A stretch of 63,085 nt of DNA, filler included, from Hausera hauseri (GCA_046269625.1; 10 parts of 10 records of this genome joined end to end with filler, not necessarily neighbours in it); one strand, 5' to 3'. Positions 49,271 through 63,085 are shown, counted from the first letter of the whole stretch. The notes: generated from the sequence alone by a model not told the origin. Made by a program: numbers and translations.

Positions 49271-50243
49271 GAACATGCGTTATTACACACACAAAATCAC
49301 GAATATCTCTACATACATACAACATTTTGCGGTGATTTTTGGCTTAGCTAATTGCTGTTGACTAGCAGTACAGAATAAGATGAAAAAATATTCTGAAAAT
49401 CGATTTTTAATTAAAAACTGGAAATCGAATATTTCGATTTTTATCGACAGAGGACATCTTCCCGCATCTGACAAAGTTTATCGCACTTCAATACGACGTA
49501 TTGATGCTGAGATATAGCCTTTCGACCATTTTATTCGAAATATTCAAATGTTTATAGATTTGGTTTCTAAGGTCGCATAGATGTGTAACCTATACCATTC
49601 GATAGAGCTCGATAAACTAAACATTTCTGCCCTTCCAACCAAAGTTATTCGAAAATCCGGTAAAAGGATATTCGGGTTCGAAAAAAAAATTTCGAAAAGT
49701 TTGTCCCATCTATATCATGTTGTATAATTCGAAAATACACATTTTTTATTTGTCGAAAATTTCCACCAAATTCGAATAGTGCAGCACACTTTCGAAGCGT
49801 TAAAATCGATGGTACACTGTGGGGAGGGGTTGATCTCACTTCATAAAAAATTTTTAAATAAATTTAAAATTAAAAAAATTTATTGAATATTGATTATCGA
49901 TCCTGGAGGGTTTGACCTTTTGTGCTCACATCTATCTACTAATGACTCATCATGATGAATTGGAATGAGTCAGCAATTTGTAACAACTGTGTAATATTCG
50001 AATTAATGCAAATCCAACATCAGAAATTGTAAATTCTAACATTTCTAATTTTGTTATTAAAATAAATGATTTTTCATAATCGAATATGTCGGATTTGACA
50101 ATGTTTTTTTAGTAAATTGATTTGATAAAATTTGTTAATTTTCACTGAAAATGATGGGATGAGTCAAATGGAAATAAATTTTGTTGCCATGGCAAATAAA
50201 TAAATTGATGAATTCTGTAGTCATTTGTCAAATAAATGTGACG

Positions 50244-50699
50244 TCATTTAGACGGCAATACGCGGCATCTGACTGTCATTGTGTTGTTATGGATGGCACC
50301 TTTTATTGATTTTAATTCTTCATACGTCTTGAATTGAATAAATCCATCTCCATAATTTCTATCATTGATTGGTTTGTTGTATGCTTCTCTTCTGTGTTCA
50401 GGATATTTCCTTTCTGCTGCAGCAGCCAAACAAACTTTTTGTGACAAAACAGGCAATGCAGTTTGTTCATCAACAATTTCAATTAGAATTGTATCCTGCA
50501 TTGGCCATTGCAATTGGTTGTCATTTGGACTTTTCATTAGTTTGAATGTCAGATACAATCTGTATGATGAACTCATCCAATAGTAAAGGCACATTTTGTA
50601 TCCATCATTTCCATTTGAATGAAATGATGGGCTGTATTCACCTTTGCCTATTTTATATTTGTCATCAATTCCTTCAATCCGCAACACAAAAACATGCAT
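50244..50699 (-). CDS. TRAF-type MATH domain protein (C-terminal exon)
   Basis: FVLRI..YSPSFHS..GYKMCL..LYLTFKLMKSPNDNQLQWPM..IEIVD..GFIQF..EEL..NNTMTVRCRV follows the TRAF-C pattern; intact to the stop codon. Confidence 0.82.
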   Translation of the reverse strand: MHVFVLRIEGIDDKYKIGKGEYSPSFHSNGNDGYKMCLYYWMSSSYRLYLTFKLMKSPNDNQLQWPMQDTILIEIVDEQTALPVLSQKVCLAAAAERKYPEHRREAYNKPINDRNYGDGFIQFKTYEELKSIKGAIHNNTMTVRCRVLPSK

Positions 50700-50896
50700 T
50701 TAACACAGGATTCACATTACTTGATGTTGAGGTTCACTGAATTCGTGTTAATACATCACCTTTCAACACTTACTGTTGACAGGTGATGTATATCTAAGAG
50801 AATAATACTCAGTTTCCTTTGATGTTTAACTGGGTCACTTACTGAACATGTTCGTACGTTTGAGTCGGTGATGCAGCTGTTCAAACACAAACAGCT

Positions 50897-50970
50897 GGTT
50901 CTGCTGCCGGTCTGTGCAGGTCCAGGGTTCTGCTGCAGGTCTGTGCAGGTCCAGGGTTCTGCTGCATGTC
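50897..50970 (+). repeat. 29-bp GC-rich tandem repeat, ~2.5 copies
   Basis: GGTTCTGCTGCAGGTCTGTGCAGGTCCAG starting at 50897, 50926 and 50955. Confidence 0.9.
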
Positions 50971-50974
50971 CTGA

Positions 50975-51561
<587 letters not shown>

Positions 51562-51636
51562 TGAGGGCGCTACGGAGATTAGTTGTTTTTAGTTCGCTGA
51601 TGGAGCGTTTTTTTGTTGTTTTTTTGTGCTAACTCG

Positions 51637-51736
51637 NNNNNNNNNNNNNNNNNNNNNNNNNNNNNNNNNNNNNNNNNNNNTTAATTAATTAANNNNNNNN
51701 NNNNNNNNNNNNNNNNNNNNNNNNNNNNNNNNNNNN
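51637..51736. other. Artificial contig spacer
   Basis: 44 N + TTAATTAATTAA + 44 N. Confidence 0.99.
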
Positions 51737-54700
51737 ATGTAAGGCAATTTGGGTAAAATTTGGAGATGAAGCATCATGGGAATAAAGGAGCACCTGCACC
51801 GTCTTTTCTCTAGACTTGAACGCTTAAATACGCTGTACTTATTGTGCGGTGCATGTATAAAACGTTTCAATTAGAAGAAAAACATGTAGGCAATTTGGGT
51901 AAAATTTGGAAATGAAAAATCATAGGAATAAAGGAGAACCTGCACCGTCGTTTCTCTACTTTCGAACGGATAGAAAGGCTGCATTTATTGTGCTGTGCAT
52001 GCAAAAAACTTTGCAATTACAAGGAAAACATGTAGTGCAATTTGGTAATATTTGGCCATGAAGCATCATGGGAATAAAAGTGTACCACCACCGTGTTTTC
52101 TCTACTTTCGAACGCTTAAATACGCTGCATTTATTGTGCTTGGCATGTATAAAACGTTGCAAATACAAGGAAAACATGTAAGCAATTTGGGTAAAATTTG
52201 GAAGTGAAGCATCATCGGAATAAACGAGCACCTACACCGTCATTCCTTTAGTTTTGAAAGGTTAAATACGCTGCATTTATTGTGCTGTGCATGTATAAAA
52301 CTTTGCAAATACAAGGAAAACATGCAGGGCAATTTGGAAATATTTGGCAATGAATCATCATGGGAATAAAAGTGTACCAACACCGTGTTTTCTCTAGTTA
52401 CGAACGGTTAAATACGCAGCATTTATTGTGTTGTGCATGTATAAAACGTTGCAATTACAAGGAAAACATGTAAGGCAATTTGGGCAAAATTTGGAAATGA
52501 AGCATCGTCGGAATGAAGCAGCACCTACACCGTTATTTCTTTAGTTTCGAACGGTTAAATACGCTGCATTTATTGTGTTGTGCATGTATAGAACGTTGTA
52601 AATACAAGGATAACATGTAAGGCAATTTGGGCAAAATTTCGAAATGAAGCATCGCCGGAATAAAGCAGCACCTACATCGTTATTTCTTTAGTTTTGAACG
52701 GTTAAATACGCTGCATTTATTGTGTTGTGCATGTATAAAACGTTGCAAATACAACGAAAACATGTAGGGCAATTTGAATATATTTGGCAATGAAGCATCG
52801 TGGGAATAAAAGTGTACCAACACCGTGTCATTTCTACATTCGAACGCTTAAATACGGTGCATTTATTGTGTTATCCATGTACGAAACGTTGCAAATACAA
52901 AGAAAACATGTAAGGCAATTTGGGTGAAATTTCGAAATGAAGCATCGACGGAATAAAGCAGCACCTACATCCTTATTTCTTTAGTTTTGAACGGTTAAAT
53001 ACGCTGCATTTATTGTGTTGTGCATGTACAAAAGTTTGCAAATACAAGAAAAACATGTAAGGCAATTTGGGAAAATTTTGAGATGAAGCATCATGGGAAT
53101 AAAGGAGCACTTGCACCGTCTTTTCTATAGTTTCGAACGCTTAAAAACGCTGCATTTATTGTGTTGTGCATGTACAAAACGTTGCAAATACAAGAAAAAC
53201 ATGTAAGGCAATTTGGGAAAATTTTGAGATGAAGCATCATGGGAATAAATTAGCACCTACACCGTCATTTCTTTAGCTTCGAACGGTTAAATACGCTCTA
53301 TATTTTGTGTCATACAATTGTGAAATATTGCAAATAAAAGGAAAACATGTAGTGCAATTTGGAAATATTTGGCAATGAAGAATCATGGGAATAAAAGTCT
53401 ACCAACACCGTCTTTCCTCTAGTTTCGAACGCTTAAATACGCTGCTTTTATTGCGTTGTGCATGTATAAAACGTTGCAATTACAAGGAAAACATGTAGGG
53501 CAATTTGGTAATATTTGGCAATGAAGCATCACAGGAATGAAAGAGTACCAACACCGTGTTTTCTACAATTTCGAACGCTTAAATAAGCTGCATTTATTGT
53601 GTTGTGCATGTATAGAACCTTGTAAATACAAGGAAAACATGTAAGGCAATTTTGGCAAAATTTGGAAATGAAGCATCGTCGGAATAAAGCAGCACCTACA
53701 CCGTTATTTCTTTAGTTTCGAACGCTTAAATACGCTGCATTTATTGTGTTATACATGTATGAAACTTTGCAAATACAAGGAAAACATGTATGGCAATTTG
53801 AGTAATATGTGAAATTGAAGCATGATCAGAAAAACGCAGCACTAACGCCGTCATATTTTTAGTATCGAACGGTTAAATGCGCTGAATTTATTGTGTTGTG
53901 CATGTATAAAACTTTGCAAATACAAGGAAAAAATGTACGACAATTTGGGTAAAATTTGGAAATGAAGCATCATGGGAATAAAAGTCTATATACACCGTCT
54001 TTCTTCTAGTTTCGAACGCTTAAATACGCTGCTTTTATTGACTTGTGCATGTATAAAACGTTGCAAATACAAGGAAAACATGCAAGGCAATTTGCGCAAA
54101 ATTTGGTAATCAAGCATCATCGGAATAAGGGAGCACCTACACCGGGTTTTCTCTAGTTTCGAAAGCTTAAATGCGCTGCATTTATTGTGTGGTGCATATA
54201 TAAAACTTTGCAAATACAAGGAAAATATGTAAGGCGATTTGGGTAAAATTTGGAGATGAAGCATCATGAAAATAAAGGAGTACCTACACCGTACTTCCTA
54301 TAGTTTCAAACGCTTAAATATTCTGCATCTATTGTTTTGTGCATGTATAAAACGTGGCATAAACAAGGAAAACATGTGCGGCAATTGGGGAAAAATTTGG
54401 AACTGAAGCATCATCGGAATAAAGGAGCACCTACACCGTCTTTTCTCTAGTTTCGAACGCTTGGAAACGCAGCATTTATTGTGCTGTGCATGTACGAAAC
54501 GTTGCAAATACATAGAAAACATGTAAGGCAATTTGGGCAAAATTTGGAAATGAAGCATCGTAGGGAATAAAGAGCACCTACACCGTCTTTTCTCTAGTTT
54601 CGAACGCTTAGAACCGCTGCATTTATTGTTTTGTGCATGTATAAAACGTTGCATATACAAGGAAAACATGTACGGCAATTTGGGTAAAATATGGAAACGA

Positions 54701-57700
54701 AGCATCATGGGAATAAAGGAGCACCTACACCGTCATTTGTTCAGTTTCGAACGGTTAAGTACGCTGCATTTATTGTGTTGTGCATGAATAAAGCTTTGCA
54801 AATACAAGGAAAACATGTACGGCAATTTGGGTAAAATTTGGAAATCAAGCATCATCGGAATAAAGGAGCACCTACACCGGGTTTTCTCTAGTTTCGAACG
54901 CTTAAATACGCTGCATTTTTTCTGTGGTGCATGCATAAAACGTTGCAAATACAAGGAAAACATGTAAGGTAATTTGAGTTACATGTGGAATTGAAGCATC
55001 ATCGGAATAATGCCGCACTTCCGCCGTCATTTCTTTAGTTTCGAACGTTTAATACGCTGCATTTATTGTGTTGCGCATGTGTAACACTTTGCAAATACAA
55101 GGAAAACATGTAGGGCAATTTGGGTAAAATATGGAAACGAAGCATCATGGGAATAAAGGAGCACCTACACCGTCATTTCTTTAGTTTCGAACGGTTAAAT
55201 ACGCTATATATATTGTGTTATACAAGAGTGAAATGTTGCAAATAGAAGGAAAACATGTAGGGAAATTTGCAAGTATTTGGCAACGAAGCATTATGGGAAT
55301 GAAAGTGTACCAACACCATGTTTTCTGTAGTTTCGAACGCTTAAATACACTGCATTTTTTTGTATTTTATATGTATGAAACGTTGCAAATACAAGGAAAG
55401 CATGTAAGGCAATTTGGGTAAAATTTGGAGATGAAGCATCATGGGAATAAAGGAGCACCTGCACCGTCTTTTCTCTAGTTTCGAACGTTTAAATACGCTG
55501 CACTTTTTGTGCGGTGCATGCATAAAACGTTGTAAATACAAGGAAAACATGTAAGGCAATTTGGGTAAAATTTGGAGATAAAGCATCATCGGAATAAAAG
55601 AGCACCTACACCGTCATTTCTTTAGTTTCGAACGGTCAAATACGCTGCACTTATTGTGTTGAGCATGTATAAAACTTTGCACATAGAAGGAAAACATGTA
55701 TGGCAATTTGGAAATATTTGGCAATGAATCATCATGGGATTAAAAGGGTACCAACACCGTCATTTCTTTAGCTTCGAACGCCTAATTACGCTGCATTTAT
55801 TGTGTGGTGCATGTATAAAACGTTGCAGATACAAGGAATACATGTAAGGCAATTTGGGTAAAGTTTGGAAATGAAGCATCATGGGAATAAAGGAGCACCT
55901 GCACAGTCTTTTCTCTAGTTTTTAACGCTTAAATACGCTGCATTTATTGTGTGGGGCATGTATGAAACGTTGCAAATACAAGGAATACATGTAAGGCAAT
56001 TTGGGTAAAATTTGCAAATTAAGCATCATGGGAATAAAGGAGCACCTCCACCGTCTTTTCTCTAGTTTCAAACGCTTAAAGACGCTGCATTTATTGTGTT
56101 TTGCATGTATAAAACGTTGCAAATACAAGCAAAATATGTACGGCAATTTGGGTTAAATTTGGAGATGAAGCATCATCGGAATAAAGGAGCACCTACACCG
56201 GGTTTTTTCTCGTTTCGTACGATTAAATACGCTGCATTTATTGTGCTGTGCAAGTAGAAAACGTTGCAAATACAAGGAATACATGTAAGGCAATTTGGGT
56301 AAAATTTGGAAATGAATCATCATGGGAATAGAAGTGTACTAACACCGTCATTTCTTTAGTTTCGAACGCTTAATTACGCTGCATTTATTGTGTTATACAT
56401 GTATGAAACGTTGCAAATACAAGGAAAACATGTAAAGGCAATTTGAGTAATATGTGTAATTGAAGCATCGTCGGAATATTGCAGCACTTACGCCGTTATA
56501 TTGTTACATTCAAAGGGTTAAATGCGCTTCATTTATTGTGTTGTGCATGTATAAAACTTTGCAAATGCAAGGAAAACATGTACGGCAATTTGGGTAAACT
56601 TTGGCGATGAAGCATCATGGAAATAAAGGAGCACCTGCACCGTCTTTTGTCTAGTTTCGTACGCTTAAAAACGCTGCATTTATTGTGCTGTGCATGCATA
56701 AAACGTTGCAAATACAAGGAAAACATGTAGGGCAATTTGGGTAAAATTTGGTGATAAAGCATCGTGGAAAAAAAGAAGCACCTACGCCGGGTTTTCTCTA
56801 ATTTCGAACGCTTAAATACGCTGCATTTATTGTGTTGTGCATGTATAAAACTTTGCAAATACAAGGAAAACATGTAGGGCAATATGGAAATATTTGGCAA
56901 TAAATCATCATGGGAATAAAATTGTACCAACACCGTCATTTCTTTAGTTTCGAACGCTTAAATACGCTGCATTTATTGTGTTGTGCATGTATAAAACTTT
57001 GCAAATACAAGGAAAACATGTAAGGCAAATTGGGTAAAATTTGGAAATAAAGCTTCATGGAAATAAATCAGCTCCTACACTGTGTTTTCTCTAGTTTCGA
57101 ACGCTTAAATACGTTGCATTTATTGTGTTGTGCATGTATAAAACTTTGCAATTAGAAGGAAATCATGGAAGGCAATTTAGTTAAATTTGGAGATGAAGCA
57201 TCATGGAAATAAAGGACCACCTACACCGTGTTTTCTCTAGTTTCGAGCGCTTAAATACGCTGCATTTATTGTGTTGTGCATGTATAAACGTTGCAAATAC
57301 AAGGAAATCATGTAAGGCAATTTCCGAAAAATTTGGAGATGAAGGATCATGCAAATAAAGGAGAACCTACACCATGTTTTCTCTAGTTTCGAACGCTTAA
57401 ATACGCTGCATTTATTGTGTTGGGCATGTACAAAACGTTGCAAATACAATGAAAACATGTAAAGCAGTTTGTGTAAAATTTGAAAATAAAGCATCGTGGG
57501 AATAAAGAAGCACTTACACCGTGTCTTCTGTAGTATCCAACGCCTAAATACGCTGCATTTATTGTGTTGTGCATAAATAAAACGTTGCAAATACAAGGAA
57601 AACATGTAAGGCAGTTTGTTTAAAATTTGAAATCAAAGCATCATGGGAATAAGGGAACATTAACACGGTGTTTTCGCTAGTTTCGAACGCTCAAATACGT

Positions 57701-58102
57701 TGCTTTTATTGTGTTGTGCATGTATAAAACGTTGCAAATACAAGGAAATCATGTAAGGCAAATTGGGTAATATTTGGAGATGAAGCATCATGGGAATAAA
57801 GGAGCACCTACACCGTGTTTTCTCTAGTTTCGAACGCTTAAATACGTTGCATTTGTTGTGTTGTGCATGTAAGGCAGTTTGTGTAAAATTTGAAAATAAA
57901 GCATCATAGGAATAAAGGAACATTTAGACGTTGTTTTCTAAAGTTTTGAGAGCTCAAATAGGCTGCATTTATTGTGTTGTGCATGTATAAAACTTTGCAA
58001 ATACAAGGAAATCATGGAAGGCAAATTAGGTAAAATTTGGAGATGAAGCATCATGGGAATAAAGCAGCACCTACACCGTGTTTTCTCTAGTTTCGAACGC
58101 TT
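51737..58102. repeat. Satellite DNA, 146-bp monomer, ~43 diverged copies
   Basis: AA(A/T)TACAAGGAAAACATG recurs at 52161, 52307, 52453 (period 146) and throughout the contig. Confidence 0.97.
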
Positions 58103-58202
58103 NNNNNNNNNNNNNNNNNNNNNNNNNNNNNNNNNNNNNNNNNNNNTTAATTAATTAANNNNNNNNNNNNNNNNNNNNNNNNNNNNNNNNNNNNNNNNNN
58201 NN
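58103..58202. other. Artificial contig spacer
   Basis: 44 N + TTAATTAATTAA + 44 N. Confidence 0.99.
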
Positions 58203-58669
58203 ATTCGTAATTCGTCCCCTGCAACAGAACTTCCTTTGTTTAATTCGTCATCATCTAGACACTTGTGCACGTCAATTGCTGCAATGAGTTTTGTAGCACT
58301 TGTCTGTGAGCGTGAACTGTTTTTATCATAACTGATGCACATGAACCTGCGCACACACTCGTTACCGGCACCCTACCTAAGCCATAATCTCCTCCCTTAT
58401 GTTAACATTGCTGGCAGTTGCGACGCGCTGAGTTGCGATGCGGGATTATTTTGCCTGTATTATGACAATCTTGGCATATGGCATGCTTTGCGCAAAGGAC
58501 TCAATTACTCATACAGTATGAATGAAAGAGAAACATCATTATTATTAAGTGTTATAAAGGAGCACAATTATCTATTAATAAAGGAGTCATTTTGAATATT
58601 CGTAATATTGTCCATCTTGCTCACTTACAATCATCTAACCAATTAAGCTGCCCCGTCACATTCATTCAA

Positions 58670-59861
58670 CATGAGACGACATCAATCTTTCTCGCTAAAT
58701 AGAAAAGCTGAGATCATTAAGGATTATGAGAGAAGTGGTCTCTCAAAGTGTCAAGTGAAACGGCGAACATTCAACTCTTGGTTGCAACTATGAGATGAAA
58801 TCCTGAAGGCTGCTGAGAAGTCCAGTTTCAGTCGAACGCAAGTGAATGAGGACTGCAGCCCATTCAGATGTCGAAGAAATCATGCTGAAGTGATTCAGGT
58901 AGATGCGATCCCAAGGTATTCCTTTCAGCGGCCACCTAACTGCCAAAGAAGTCGATTTTGCCAAGCAATTAGTCATCGATGTTTTAACTGCAACGACGGT
59001 AGACACGATATCGGTCTTCGACTGATTAGCGGTGAGTGTCAGTCGGTGTCGGCATCTGCTATCAGACAGTGGACTGACAGCGCACTCCCGTACTTCTCGA
59101 AGGATATCGCTAATCGACCCATCGACTACTAGACCAAAAAGAAAGGCTGGATGACGGGCGCTTTGTTCGAGGACTACGTCAGAAAGTTCGACTCAGATAT
59201 GAACAGGCAGAAAAGGAATGTTTTGCTGTTCATCGACAATTGTCCAGTCCACCCAGCTATTGAAAATTTCTTCGCCGTTCGTCTTATCTTCCACCCACTA
59301 AACAACGTCACACACAACCAATGGATGCCAGTGTCATTCGTTACCTAAAGACCCATTGCCGTCGCCGTCTTCTTCTGCGATGGTACAGTCCTTCGATACC
59401 CGAATGAAATATAACTCCACTCTGTATACGGCTATTAGCAACTGCTTCTTTCACTTTGACTTCACGAACGTTGTCTCATGTGCTCCGTCGCCACCGTCCC
59501 GTGAGATTTCGGGCCTTGATAACATCTTCGACACAGTTCGAAGGCTCATTGGGCTGTCGACTACTGCCACGACTACCAACTATGTCAGTGTAGATGACAT
59601 CACTACTCACTACCTTAGATGGTGACATCATTGAGAGCGTAGCTGGGCCTTCTGCTCTGGAAGTGACTGATTCAACAGAGGACGAGGAGTTCGATAACAG
59701 CGTGGATATTGCCTCTATCAAAGTAGCTGATGCCATCAATGAGCTAGACACGCAATAAAATATGGATAGCGAGGATTACAAATTAATCAAACTTTCTTTT
59801 ATTCTCTTTAAAAAGTGAGTGCTGGTTTCCAACAGTCGAAGATTACGGACTTCTTTAAATA
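58670..59861 (+). mobile_element. Tigger/pogo-family (CENP-B HTH + DDE) transposase, degenerate with internal deletion
   Basis: SLNRKAEII, HSDVEEIML, RHDIG...ISGE, KKGWMTGALFEDY..FD..M..QKRNVLLFIDNCPVH, QPMD.SVI, C-terminal QSKITDFF. Confidence 0.88.
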
Positions 59862-61649
59862 AATAAGCTGGCAATGGTTTTTACTCTATCTCTATTTCAC
59901 ACTGATGCTGCATGAAATTATTTAGTGTCTGTTCTGAAAAACCGGAATATCGTTCTCTGTTTTTATTTGCTTTAAACTAAGTTATTCTTAACTGTCACGT
60001 ACAAAATCATTCGTGGCATTCATTTTCACCTGAAACGATAGCGAAATATAAGGTCACATTGGATAATTTGTCGTTTTCTGTCAATCCCTTGAGATGTTGA
60101 ATTAATCGTAGTCTACTGTATATACATTCAATTAATTTACGGTTAGAAGCGGATTTTGTCATATTGACTTTACCAGTAATTATAAAATGATGCTTCTTAA
60201 CAATTGTACTTTTAGTACTTTTCACATTTTGTAGTATTTATCCCCGAAACTAACCCATTTGCGTATGTCATATTTAATCTTGAATTCAAATGTAGTGTGA
60301 ATGTAATACAACCACAGAAAGTTCAAGTAAATTCCCATTAACTAAGTTTGGATAACAAATCTGTACCTTTATTTTAATTTGTACACGTGTATCTTAGTAA
60401 TAAAATAGCGAGGAACTGATTTCATAAACTAACATATTATTTCTATTAAAATGAGTCGACTTATTTAAAATAAGTGTAAAAATGTTTAAGCTACAAAAAA
60501 CAATCTATGACGAAATATAACACTTTTTCTGACAAGAAAGAGCATCTTACTGCTAATCAGAGTATTACAAATTTTTCCAGTACAAAATTTTGTGATGATT
60601 ATGTAATAAGGACTTCTAAATGTTATGTCATTTCGCGAAGAATTTTGAAATTTCATAAAAATTTTTGTTTCTTTTTCAACCATTATTTTACTAAAGTCTA
60701 ACTTCCAGTTTCTCGTTCTTATTATGTTAAAGTACAATATATTCGTCTAATTATCACACATCATGGGTATTTCTTCATTCTATATAAATATTAACTTTAC
60801 ACATGAACGATGACATGTTGAGTCAAATATTAGATGGATATTTATTAGGTCAACAAAACCCAATTAGTTAAATGTTACTGGTCGAAAAAATAAAATGTCA
60901 TTAGGGGGAAACTGAAGAAGTGCAAAATCACGTAACATTTAGATGCCTATATTGTATAATTTTACCTTAACTCTGCACTCCATATGTACCGCTGGCGGTG
61001 CAGTTACATGTACATTCAATGCAATATGATTTCTACGATATTACAGTGAAGCAAATAATTATTGTATTGTAGCGCCTAGAAAAAGTTTCTTTTAAGTTTA
61101 GAAATTTTAACTATATTTTTTCAGATGAATTAGAAAAAAACAAAGTATAATTTTATTACAACAAAAATGCAACTAATGAGTTTGGTTGAAACAGTCCATA
61201 CAAAAGCTGAATTATCCACACAGCCATTGCAGATTGTTTTAACCTTTTTGGTTTTTCGCTGCTTTCCGACCGTCTCTGTTTTTTTTTCCTGTAGAGTACG
61301 TAGAAGTGAGCTCTCCACCGCACTTCTCTGATTATTCTGCCGACCCTTTTTCCCCCACTTTATTGGCTATTCTGAACATTTCACTAAAATTTTTCCACGA
61401 CCCCCCAGGAAATGATGTCCAGAAAAGAGGTCCGAATTAGGTGATATCTATAGCGCGTGACGAGGTGAGCAAAATTTAACATAGGTGCGGCTTACAGAAA
61501 TGTAAGGGAGAGGCGCTAGAAGAGTAAGAAGCAAAATAGGAAATTCTCCACGTGTAACGCGAAACATGTTGCTAGCACTGAGAAAATGTGTACAAAGGGT
61601 AAATCGATATTGGCGATTGAAATAGACACTGTTGCAAGTCGGTCAGACC

Positions 61650-62290
61650 AAGGGAACATGGACAAAACCAGTTGGGAAAATTTCCGTCGGGTAAAATTTC
61701 CCTATGTTCAAGTCTGCCGGTGATGGAAATTGGTGTAATACATTGTTCATAAACTGGGGAAAATTTCATATAATAGCCGCCTCATGATCAGACCAATGGA
61801 TCGGGGTGAAAATGCCATCAAACAAACGAACCAACCAAAAAAGCTAAATGTTAAAGTCAAAATCATAGTGGGTAGACGTTTCCTCTCCTGACCACTTCCC
61901 AAAAGTGCTCAGATCAAGCTGGATACCAGTTTTCCTCACCTATCTTGCTTTTCTGAGCAAAAGAAGCAAAACAGGAAATGTTTTATGAGAAGCGAGACAC
62001 GAGTTACGAATTTCGCAATGTTTGGTGCAAATGTCAAATCAATGTCGAGGAATCGAATGCTCATAATTTCAACGTTGTCTGACCATGGGAACATGGGGAA
62101 AAATTGATGGGAATATATCAATGTCTAAAAATTTCCCATTGTTTAAGTCTGCTGGTTGTGGAAATGGGTTGAGCACGTAGCCCATCAGTACTTGAGTATT
62201 TCCTATTATATCCACCTCACGATCAGATCAATGGATTCCGGTGAAAAATGCCGCGAAAAAGACATTGTTAAAAGTCGAAATCATAATAAA
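61650..62290 (+). repeat. Two diverged direct repeats (~220 bp, ~435 bp apart)
   Basis: GGGAACATGG..AAAATTTCCC..AAGTCTGC.GGT..TGGAAAT and CCTCA.GATCAGA.CAATGGAT..GGTGAAAA.GCC..TGTTAAA.GTC.AAATCATA occur at ~61650-61868 and ~62087-62286. Confidence 0.7.
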
Positions 62291-62481
62291 AATCATCGTT
62301 GTAAAAGCGTTCGTTCGTTCGTTCGTTTTGTAGAAAGTCGTGTAAATTTTATTTTGTACTACAAATTCATAATTGAGACTACTACTCACAAAGAGAATGA
62401 TTGTGACATCATGTTATTTCTCATTTGTTCGCTCTTTGATACACAAAACAACAGAAATAAAATAATCCATATATATATATT

Positions 62482-62815
62482 TCACAAATGTGATTGTAAT
62501 GTTTGCCTCAATAAGCAGTAATGTCCACATAGTATAGTCATTGAATGTTCATAATGAACTCGATTATATTCAGTACGGTATGATGATGATTGCCGTTCAA
62601 TTTCGGAAACTAACGATGACGTACAGTAAAATCCGAGCTGCTCGAATACTCCGACGGCGTTGGTAGGATGGAAGTACACAGCAATCGAATGTTCGCCTGG
62701 CAACGATGAAGTTTGTGTATTGACAGTAACGTCGCCACTTTGTCGTAAATCACGCGGCACACCGTACAGTGGAAACACGCCGCGAAATTTCACACCCAAG
62801 AGCAGTTTTCCGTAG
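62482..62815 (-). pseudogene. Adenain-like cysteine protease of Polinton/adintovirus
   Basis: FRGVFP..VNT..SSLPGEH.IAVY..FE.LG..YN..LCGHYCL. Confidence 0.8.
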
Positions 62816-62829
62816 TGACTGAGCTCGGT

Positions 62830-63085
62830 GAAGAATGGATAAATGGACTTAAACAAATCCATCGATATGCCATTGTTGATGTTTTCGTTCAGCAAACCCA
62901 TGTTGCGCACGATGGATTGCATATATGTGCAAAGCTAATCGTCGGTCTCGAAATCCTGCTTGTATGTCTCAGCGAAATCCGCATTGCGACCCAAACTGAT
63001 GTAATTCGCATTGCTATGGGTAAACGTTTCCGAATCGGTGGTATAACTGCCCGTTTGTTGAATAGTCGTTTGAAATGTAACGAGC
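62830..63085 (-). pseudogene. Polinton/adintovirus major capsid protein, C-terminal fragment
   Basis: GSY..F...NANYISL.RN..YKQDF..YMQSI..MG..N.NNGISMDLFKSIYPFF resembles the Polinton double-jelly-roll MCP C-terminus. Confidence 0.6.

Noticed and set aside
49280-49920. Transposon-like non-coding segment between pPolB and the MATH exon
   Set aside because: Looks like MITE interior, but no TIR or TSD pair could be established
51737-58102. Repetitive ORFs (MFSLYLQRFIHAQHNKCSVFKR...) or a CRISPR array
   Set aside because: They are translations of a 146-bp satellite (not a multiple of 3); there are no unique spacers and no cas genes
59900-61100. Short AT-rich ORFs that might be host exons
   Set aside because: No homology recognisable without a search

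Overview
This window is not one locus. It is ten short contigs of an AT-rich animal (invertebrate-like) draft assembly, joined by identical artificial 100-bp spacers (44 N + TTAATTAATTAA + 44 N): A 1-6058, B 6159-12472, C 12573-17416, D 17517-24874, E 24975-33524, F 33625-38116, G 38217-47581, H 47682-51636, I 51737-58102, J 58203-63085. Adjacency across spacers means nothing. The content is mostly decayed mobile DNA: several Ty3/Gypsy LTR retrotransposons, four Polinton/Maverick (adintovirus-like) protein-primed DNA polymerase relics plus dUTPase, capsid and protease pieces, hAT and Tigger/pogo transposase relics, and a 146-bp satellite. The standout is a giant, retrovirus-like Gypsy lineage. 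Contig E reads gag(CCHC) - ~900-aa helical region - ubiquitin-like domain and LRGG - chuvirus-like envelope glycoprotein with PTAP/YPX3L motifs - protease - RT - RNase H, so env lies between gag and pol in what looks like one polyprotein. Contig A is a related element that continues from the same RNase H position into integrase, an FN3 membrane protein and a RING-finger ORF before the PPT/3' LTR. Contig H ends in three GC-rich exons of a vertebrate (teleost-like) pik3r1 gene joined without a spacer to AT-rich invertebrate DNA. All protein assignments come from motif recognition by eye; no database searches were run.
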